Shown: one piece after another, positions 14,272 through 18,357 of the stretch | Layout: each line of letters opens with the position of its first letter | Numbering within the stretch: the first letter of the stretch is position 1 | Assembly: GCA_040006075.1 (NCBI GenBank) | Contig: JBDTXR010000004.1 | Coordinates: forward strand, 21,457 to 53,456 | Reading direction: 5' to 3' | Length of the DNA: 32,000 nt | Source: Byssovorax sp. | Lineage (GTDB): Bacteria; Myxococcota_A; Polyangia; Polyangiales; Polyangiaceae | Position numbers and translations under genes: made by a program | Notes under the pieces: model-generated | What the model saw: only the letters and a program-made list of their open reading frames with translations | Databases searched by the model: none | What the model was told of the DNA's origin: nothing

Positions 14272-14344
14272 GCTGCTGAGGCCCAGATAGCGGGGCACCT
14301 GCCTGGTATGCAGGAGAGGGCGCGTGCAATTCGCGCGAGCAGCT
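14272..14344 (+). tRNA. tRNA-Thr (GGT) with unusual T-loop
   Basis: Acceptor GCTGCTG/GAGCAGC (G7.G66). D-arm GCCC-AGATAGCG-GGGC. Anticodon arm CCTGC-CTGGTAT-GCAGG. T-arm GCGCG-TGCAATT-CGCGC, with G at position 55. CCA encoded. Confidence 0.65.
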
Positions 14345-14398
14345 CCACGAGACGAGGAGAAAGGAGAGAAGCACGAGAACAGTCTGGAACGAGGTTTC

Positions 14399-14469
14399 GC
14401 GGGCATCGTCCAAGGGTAGGGCCACGGTCTTCCACACCGTCGATGCGGGTTCGATTCCCGCTGCCCGCT
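14399..14469 (+). tRNA. tRNA-Gly (TCC)
   Basis: Acceptor GCGGGCA/TGCCCGC. D-arm GTCC-AAGGGTA-GGGC. Anticodon arm ACGGT-CTTCCAC-ACCGT. T-arm GCGGG-TTCGATT-CCCGC. U73. Confidence 0.85.
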
Positions 14470-14487
14470 TCGCGAAGTCTGAAATTT

Positions 14488-14558
14488 GCGGTGGTAGCTC
14501 AGTGGTAGAGTCCGAGCGTGCCAAGCTCGGGACGGGAGTTCGATTCTCCTCCACCGCT
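14488..14558 (+). tRNA. tRNA-Gly (GCC)
   Basis: Acceptor GCGGTGG/CCACCGC. D-arm GCTC-AGTGGTA-GAGT. Anticodon arm CGAGC-GTGCCAA-GCTCG. T-arm GGGAG-TTCGATT-CTCCT. U73. Confidence 0.85.
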
Positions 14559-14576
14559 CTCGGTGTTTGGTTTCAC

Positions 14577-14645
14577 GAGCCGGATCTCTGGCGAGGAACG
14601 GGGTCTGCAAAACCGCGGTTCCGGGTTCGATTCCCGGTCGGCTCT
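14577..14645 (+). tRNA. tRNA-Cys (GCA)
   Basis: Acceptor GAGCCGG/TCGGCTC. Compact D hairpin TCTC-TGGC-GAGG. Anticodon arm GGGGT-CTGCAAA-ACCGC (one G.G). T-arm CCGGG-TTCGATT-CCCGG. U73. Confidence 0.7.
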
Positions 14646-14664
14646 CCGATAGAAGAAGGGAAAT

Positions 14665-14736
14665 GCCCTCGACGCCCAGCGGAAGGGCCGCCGTCTTCTA
14701 AACGGCACTTTGCGGGTTCGACTCCCGCCGAGGGCT
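14665..14736 (+). tRNA. tRNA-Arg (TCT)
   Basis: Acceptor GCCCTCG/CGAGGGC. D-arm GCCC-AGCGGAA-GGGC. Anticodon arm GCCGT-CTTCTAA-ACGGC. T-arm GCGGG-TTCGACT-CCCGC. Confidence 0.85.
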
Positions 14737-14763
14737 CTCGCTACCGTGCTCACGATTTGCCAT

Positions 14764-14838
14764 GTCCCCATCTTGCTAGATGGCCCAGGCAGCCAGATTC
14801 TCAATCTGGAAACGCGGGTTCGACTCCCGCTGGGGACG
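14764..14838 (+). tRNA. tRNA-Glu (CTC)
   Basis: Acceptor GTCCCCA/TGGGGAC. Glu-type D-arm TGC-TAGATGGCCCAG-GCA. Anticodon arm CCAGA-TTCTCAA-TCTGG. T-arm GCGGG-TTCGACT-CCCGC. G73. Confidence 0.85.
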
Positions 14839-14980
14839 CCGGGCTGATTTGCCGACCTGTGGTCCTCTTCGGGGGCCCGCGCCTCGGCGGTCGAGCCTGC
14901 CAACGTAGCATCACCCTGTCCGCTCCGCGGAGGACGGCACGGCGGCGCTCGCGAGCTGCGGCACGATCCGCAGCTCTGTT

Positions 14981-15049
14981 CTCTCTGTCCCGGCGGCCGG
15001 GCATCGGGCTACGAACTCGATTGGCGAGGTTCGACTCCTCGCAGAGAGG
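14981..15049 (+). tRNA. tRNA-Arg (ACG)
   Basis: Acceptor CTCTCTG/CAGAGAG. Compact D hairpin CCCGG-CGG-CCGGG. Anticodon arm TCGGG-CTACGAA-CTCGA. T-arm CGAGG-TTCGACT-CCTCG. G73 and CCA encoded. Confidence 0.7.
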
Positions 15050-15087
15050 CCAATCCATCAGCGCCGCGTTCTCACGCGCGGCGCCCT

Positions 15088-15158
15088 GCCCTCGTTCTCG
15101 TGGCACGAGACACAAGCCTCCGAAGCTTGTTGCCCAGGTTCGATTCCTGGCGAGGGCG
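15088..15158 (+). tRNA. tRNA-Arg (CCG)
   Basis: Acceptor GCCCTCG/CGAGGGC. Compact D hairpin CTCG-TGGCA-CGAG. Anticodon arm CAAGC-CTCCGAA-GCTTG. T-arm CCAGG-TTCGATT-CCTGG. Confidence 0.75.
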
Positions 15159-15159
15159 C

Positions 15160-15228
15160 CGCAGGAAGGGACGGTCCCAACCGAGGCTCATAATCTCGAC
15201 TCCGCGGGTTCAATTCCCGCTCCTGCAT
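15160..15228 (+). tRNA. tRNA-Met (CAT), initiator-like C1.A72
   Basis: Acceptor CGCAGGA/TCCTGCA with an unpaired C1.A72. Compact D hairpin GGGA-CGG-TCCC. Anticodon arm CGAGG-CTCATAA-TCTCG, without the three G-C pairs typical of initiators. T-arm GCGGG-TTCAATT-CCCGC. Confidence 0.65.
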
Positions 15229-15229
15229 C

Positions 15230-15298
15230 CGCGGCGCCTCGAGGCGAGCGGCGGCTCTCATAAGGCTGTCCGTGGAGGTTCGATTCCTCCCGTCGCGA
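15230..15298 (+). tRNA. tRNA with CAT anticodon (elongator Met or lysidine-dependent Ile2; not distinguishable by eye)
   Basis: Acceptor CGCGGCG/CGTCGCG. Compact D hairpin CTCG-AGG-CGAG. Anticodon arm CGGCT-CTCATAA-GGCTG (2 G.U). T-arm GGAGG-TTCGATT-CCTCC. A73. Confidence 0.65.
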
Positions 15299-15303
15299 CT
15301 CAT

Positions 15304-15377
15304 CTGGGTGTGGCTCAATCTGGCAGAGCACCGGTTCCGGGCACCGGGGACTGGAGGTTCGAATCCTCCCATCCAGA
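15304..15377 (+). tRNA. tRNA-Pro (CGG) with C33
   Basis: Acceptor CTGGGTG/CATCCAG (C1-G72). D-arm GCTC-AATCTGGCA-GAGC. Anticodon arm CCGGT-TCCGGGC-ACCGG. T-arm GGAGG-TTCGAAT-CCTCC. A73 and CCA encoded. Confidence 0.75.
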
Positions 15378-15400
15378 CCATTTCAGCAGTACAATTCCAT

Positions 15401-15475
15401 CTGGGTGTGGCTCAATCTGGTCAGAGCACCGGTTCGGGGAACCGGGGACTGGAGGTTCAAATCCTCTCACCCAGA
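15401..15475 (+). tRNA. tRNA-Pro (GGG) with C33
   Basis: Acceptor CTGGGTG/CACCCAG. D-arm GCTC-AATCTGGTCA-GAGC. Anticodon arm CCGGT-TCGGGGA-ACCGG. T-arm GGAGG-TTCAAAT-CCTCT. A73 and CCA encoded. Confidence 0.75.
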
Positions 15476-15479
15476 CCAC

Positions 15480-15552
15480 GCGGGACGAGCAAGCTGGTGA
15501 ATGCGCCGGTCCCACAAACCGGTCTCGCAGGGTTCGATCCCCTGGTCCCGCA
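15480..15552 (+). tRNA. tRNA-Val (CAC) with C33
   Basis: Acceptor GCGGGAC/GTCCCGC. Anticodon arm CCGGT-CCCACAA-ACCGG. T-arm CAGGG-TTCGATC-CCCTG. A73. Confidence 0.75.
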
Positions 15553-15574
15553 CGAACGAAGGAGTATTTACGTC

Positions 15575-15646
15575 GGGGCAGGACGGTACGGTGACCTGAG
15601 CTCTCTGATAAGGAGCTCGCTCCGGGTTCGACTCCCGGCTGCCCCA
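15575..15646 (+). tRNA. tRNA-Ile (GAT)
   Basis: Acceptor GGGGCAG/CTGCCCC. D hairpin GGT-ACGGTG-ACC. Anticodon arm GCTCT-CTGATAA-GGAGC, extendable to 7 bp. T-arm CCGGG-TTCGACT-CCCGG. A73 and CCA encoded. Confidence 0.75.
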
Positions 15647-15660
15647 CCATCGCGACAAAC

Positions 15661-15732
15661 GCAGGGCTCGCTCTCTGGGAGAGCACCGGCTCGACAAGCC
15701 GGATCAGGTGAGTTCGATCCTCACGCCCTGCA
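15661..15732 (+). tRNA. tRNA-Val (GAC) with C33
   Basis: Acceptor GCAGGGC/GCCCTGC. D-arm GCTC-TCTGGGA-GAGC. Anticodon arm CCGGC-TCGACAA-GCCGG. T-arm GTGAG-TTCGATC-CTCAC. A73. Confidence 0.8.
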
Positions 15733-15748
15733 CCGTTCGAGGTTTCAC

Positions 15749-15821
15749 ATCCATGTGGCGTAACTGGCAACCGCGGCGGTCTCAGAAACCGTTTTTGGGG
15801 GTTCGACTCCCCCCATGGATA
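15749..15821 (+). tRNA. tRNA with Leu anticodon CAG but short (5-nt) variable loop
   Basis: Acceptor ATCCATG/CATGGAT. D-arm GCG-TAACTGGCAAC-CGC. Anticodon arm GCGGT-CTCAGAA-ACCGT. Variable loop TTTTG. T-arm GGGGG-TTCGACT-CCCCC. A73. Confidence 0.65.
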
Positions 15822-15827
15822 TTTCAC

Positions 15828-15909
15828 GGCACTGTGGCGAAATGGCAAACGTGGCGGACTGAGATTCCGTGCCCGAGAGGGTTTGTGGGTTCGATTCCCA
15901 CCAGTGCTA
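15828..15909 (+). tRNA. tRNA-Leu (GAG), class II
   Basis: Acceptor GGCACTG/CAGTGCT. D-arm GCG-AAATGGCAAA-CGT. Anticodon arm GCGGA-CTGAGAT-TCCGT. 15-nt variable arm GCCC-GAGA-GGGT-TTG. T-arm GTGGG-TTCGATT-CCCAC. A73. Confidence 0.8.
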
Positions 15910-15925
15910 CCGATCGATGAACCAT

Positions 15926-15999
15926 GCTCGGGTGACGTAAATGGCAAACGTGGCCGCCTCAAAAACGGTCGATTGCGGGTTCGAGTCCCGCCCCGAGCA
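15926..15999 (+). tRNA. tRNA with Leu anticodon CAA but short variable loop
   Basis: Acceptor GCTCGGG/CCCGAGC. D-arm ACG-TAAATGGCAAA-CGT. Anticodon arm GCCGC-CTCAAAA-ACGGT (C.A at 31-39); an alternative fold is a 9-nt loop closed by GGCCG/CGGTC. Variable loop CGATT. T-arm GCGGG-TTCGAGT-CCCGC. A73. Confidence 0.6.
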
Positions 16000-16114
16000 C
16001 CGGGTGGATCTTCTGGGCGATGGTCGCTCAGGGGCTGCCCATCTCCCGTTCGGCGCGCGAGCGCCTGGAGAGCTGTGATGAAGATGAGGCGAAGCTAGAG
16101 GAACGAGGTGGACC

Positions 16115-16618
16115 ATGATCGCGCTGACGCTGTTGCTCACTCCGTGGATGAGGCCCCACAAGATCATTTCATGGCAGGTCGCCGTGACGATGAGCTTCCT
16201 GGGAAAGGTCGAGGTCATCGAGGAGTACGACGAGGAGATCGCCTCTCCGTCGCTCTCCATCCGCGCGCCCGCCGTGGTCCGCTTGAAGCGGCCCCTCGGC
16301 GGGATGAAGCGTGGAGTGAAGTTCTCGCGCAACAATGTCTTCGCGCGCGACGATTTTCGCTGCCAGTACTGCGGCGCGCGGAAGTCGGCGCGGGAGCTGA
16401 ACTACGACCACGTCGTGCCCCGCGTTCAGGGCGGCGCGACGGTCTGGGACAACATCGTCGCCTCTTGCTACGACTGCAACGGCAAGAAGCGTGGTCGGAC
16501 CCCGGAGCAAGCCGGGATGAAGCTGCTCCGGACCCCGGTGAAGCCCCGCTCGCTGCCGATGACCACGGTCCTCTCGCGGGAGGGAAACCACCCGGAGTCG
16601 TGGCTCCACTACTGCTGA
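16115..16618 (+). CDS. HNH endonuclease
   Basis: 167-aa ORF with GAGGTGG upstream of the ATG. The HNH/zinc-finger core is FRCQYCGARKSARELNYDHVVPRVQGGATVWDNIVASCYDCNGKK. Confidence 0.8.
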   Translation: MIALTLLLTPWMRPHKIISWQVAVTMSFLGKVEVIEEYDEEIASPSLSIRAPAVVRLKRPLGGMKRGVKFSRNNVFARDDFRCQYCGARKSARELNYDHVVPRVQGGATVWDNIVASCYDCNGKKRGRTPEQAGMKLLRTPVKPRSLPMTTVLSREGNHPESWLHYC

Positions 16619-16623
16619 GCCAA

Positions 16624-16663
16624 CCTCGCTCCCGCTCGCCGTTCTTGCAGAGCGGGAGCGAGG
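16624..16663 (+). terminator. 12-bp GC hairpin after the HNH gene
   Basis: CCTCGCTCCCGC-16 nt-GCGGGAGCGAGG, followed by the pyrimidine-rich TCTCTCCTCTCG. There is no clean U-tract. Confidence 0.4.
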
Positions 16664-16683
16664 TCTCTCCTCTCGAATCTGCT

Positions 16684-16770
16684 GGAAGATGAATCGGCCA
16701 GGGGCCGGACCTGCTTGGAAAGCAGCGTGCACCTCGACAGGGGTGTGGGGATCGAGACCTCCATCTTCCG
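16684..16770 (+). tRNA. tRNA-Ser (GGA) with 8/4 (Sec/allo-tRNA-like) architecture
   Basis: 8-bp acceptor GGAAGATG/CATCTTCC. D-arm with a 6-bp stem and 3-nt loop (TCGGCC-AGG-GGCCGG, T.G closing pair). Anticodon arm CTGC-TTGGAAA-GCAG. Long variable arm (CACC...GGTG). 4-bp T-stem GGGG-ATCGAGA-CCTC. G73. Confidence 0.6.
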
Positions 16771-16786
16771 CTCTCACGTTTCACAT

Positions 16787-16871
16787 GGAAGCTGAACCGG
16801 CATGGTGTCGGGCCCGGTTGCTACCCGGTGCGTGCCCTCCAGGGTATGGTGTTCGATTCACCCGGCTTCCG
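16787..16871 (+). tRNA. tRNA-Ser (GCT) with 8/4 architecture
   Basis: 8-bp acceptor GGAAGCTG/CGGCTTCC (1 G.U). D-arm with a 5-bp stem and 5-nt loop (CCGGC-ATGGT-GTCGG). Anticodon arm CCGG-TTGCTAC-CCGG. Long variable arm (CCCT-CC-AGGG). 4-bp T-stem GGTG-TTCGATT-CACC. G73. Confidence 0.65.
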
Positions 16872-16899
16872 CCGACGGGCCGTGATGATCGCGTTCCAT

Positions 16900-16970
16900 T
16901 CGGGGATCGTCCAAGGGCAGGACGGGGGTTTTTGACACCTCAAATCGTGGTTCGAATCCACGTCTCCGAG
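16900..16970 (+). tRNA. tRNA-Gln (TTG)
   Basis: Acceptor TCGGGGA/TCTCCGA (U1-A72). D-arm GTCC-AAGGGCA-GGAC. Anticodon arm GGGGT-TTTTGAC-ACCTC. T-arm CGTGG-TTCGAAT-CCACG. G73 and CCA encoded. Confidence 0.85.
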
Positions 16971-17001
16971 CCAGCCTTCCAGTCTATCGTTCGCTCGGGT
17001 G

Positions 17002-17610
17002 TCAGGGGTCGATCTTCTTGCGGCCCTGGCCGATGACGAAGACCTCGACGCTGCTGGCGCGCGTGCCCTCGGGCTTGATGGTCCGCACCTCGTCGAAGAG
17101 GGCGCGCAACGCCTCGCGCGCTTTGATGAAGTCTTCGCTCATGAAGAGCTTGCCGACGAACGAGCCGCCGGGCGCGCCGAGCGCCTTCGCGATCTCGACG
17201 GCGCGCATGAAGAGCTCGAAGCTGCGCGCCTGATCGGCGACCTTGCTGCCGCTGGTGGAGGGCGCCATGTCGGAGAGCACCACGTCGTAGGGCGCGAACA
17301 GCGCGAGCGCGTCGTTGGCGAGCGAGAGCGCGTCGCCCTGCACGATGTGCGCGTTGGGGCCGAGGCTGCCCTGGATCTCCGAGAGATCGATCGCCAGGAG
17401 CTTGCCGCTCGGCGCGATCTTCTTCGCGGCGTACATCGACCACGAGCCGGGGGCGGCGCCGAGATCGAGCACGCGCTGGCCGCTCTTGAGCAGGCGGACG
17501 CGGCGATCGATCTCTTCGAGCTTGAAGACGCTGCGCGCGGGATAGCCCTGCGCCTTGGCCGCTTTCGTGAACGAGTCGGCGCGCTGGTACAGGTTCTTCG
17601 ACTTCGACAT
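17002..17610 (-). CDS. rlmE: 23S rRNA (uridine2552-2'-O)-methyltransferase RlmE/FtsJ
   Basis: 202-aa ORF. The blocks YPARSVFKLEEID, VLDLGAAPGSWSMYA and DVVLSDMAP are typical of the FtsJ/RlmE SAM-dependent methyltransferase. Confidence 0.85.
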   Translation of the reverse strand: MSKSKNLYQRADSFTKAAKAQGYPARSVFKLEEIDRRVRLLKSGQRVLDLGAAPGSWSMYAAKKIAPSGKLLAIDLSEIQGSLGPNAHIVQGDALSLANDALALFAPYDVVLSDMAPSTSGSKVADQARSFELFMRAVEIAKALGAPGGSFVGKLFMSEDFIKAREALRALFDEVRTIKPEGTRASSVEVFVIGQGRKKIDP

Positions 17611-17688
17611 GGCGGGCTGCTCTCCAAAAAGAAGAAGCCCCCCTCACCGCAAAGGGCAAGGAGGGCTTCGCTCAGAAAAGCCTGGGAA

Positions 17689-18357
17689 TCAGGCCTTCTT
17701 CTTGCCGGCGTTCTTCTTCTTCACCGCGCCGCGGATGACGACGAGGCCGCCGTCGGGGCCCGGGACCGCGCCCTCGATCAGGACGAGATCGTCCTCGAGG
17801 ATGAGCTTGGCGACCTTGATGTTGAGCATGCTCACCGTCTCGGCGCCGTAGTGGCCGGGCATCTTGAGGCCGGGGAGCGTGCGACCGGGGGTCATGTTGG
17901 TACCGATCGAGCCGCCGTGGCGGAAGTACTCGTGCGTGCCGTGCGAGCTGACGCCGCCGGCGAACCCCCACTTGCGAACGACGCCGGTGAAGCCGCGACC
18001 GCGCGAGGTACCCTGCGCGTCGACGATCTGGCCAGCCTCGAAGATCTGATCGAGCGGCAGCTTCTGGCCGACCTCGTACTTGGCGGCGTGCTCGGCGGAG
18101 CAGCGCATCTCTTTGATCCAGCGCTTCGGCGTCTGGCCGGCCTTCTTGAGGAAGCCGAGGACGGGCTTCTTCGTGCTCTTCTCTTTGCGCTCGCCGAGGC
18201 CGAGGATGAGGGCGCTGTACTTGTCCTTCTCGAGCGTGCGCTTGCCGAGGACGACGCAGCCGCCCTGAACGACGGTCACGCGGATGACCTCGCCCTTGTC
18301 GTCGAAGATCTGCGTCATGCCGATCTTCTTGCCGATGATGCCGGGATTCTGGTTCAT
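17689..18357 (-). CDS. rplC: 50S ribosomal protein L3
   Basis: 222-aa ORF. GIIGKKIGMTQIF, GTSRGRGFTGVVRKWGF and GSIGTNMTPGRTLPGLKMPGHYG are the conserved L3 blocks. It has a Lys-rich C-terminal tail. No other S10-operon genes are adjacent. Confidence 0.85.
   Translation of the reverse strand: MNQNPGIIGKKIGMTQIFDDKGEVIRVTVVQGGCVVLGKRTLEKDKYSALILGLGERKEKSTKKPVLGFLKKAGQTPKRWIKEMRCSAEHAAKYEVGQKLPLDQIFEAGQIVDAQGTSRGRGFTGVVRKWGFAGGVSSHGTHEYFRHGGSIGTNMTPGRTLPGLKMPGHYGAETVSMLNIKVAKLILEDDLVLIEGAVPGPDGGLVVIRGAVKKKNAGKKKA

Larger units (their letters stand above)
8963..17001 (+). other. tRNA-array island (38 tRNA genes, rsr, HNH, small ORFs, structured RNAs) between gcdH and rlmE
   Basis: A dense series of cloverleaf-foldable units carries GGTTCGAnTCC-type T-loops, all on the + strand. 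Only four credible protein genes lie in this 8 kb. Its left edge and an internal site (about 10140-10250) are conspicuously A/T-rich against the GC-rich background. Confidence 0.85.

Noticed and set aside
13362-15999. A regularly spaced ~11-nt repeat (GGTTCGAnTCC) every 70-100 nt could be mistaken for a CRISPR array.
   Set aside because: Each repeat is the T-arm of a foldable cloverleaf with acceptor, D and anticodon arms. The repeats are too short and too variable for CRISPR, and no cas genes are present.
16684-16770. This gene might be tRNA-Sec (selC), because its acceptor GGAAGATG resembles E. coli selC and its D-stem is 6 bp.
   Set aside because: The anticodon loop reads TTGGAAA (GGA), not TCA. 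The T-stem is 4 bp rather than 5 bp. The neighbouring Ser(GCT) gene has the same fold, so I called it an 8/4 Ser tRNA instead.
8963-17001. The island might be an integrative mobile element or prophage (integrase, att repeats).
   Set aside because: There is no integrase, transposase or structural phage gene in the window. I could not see flanking direct repeats by eye. A phage-derived origin remains only a hypothesis.
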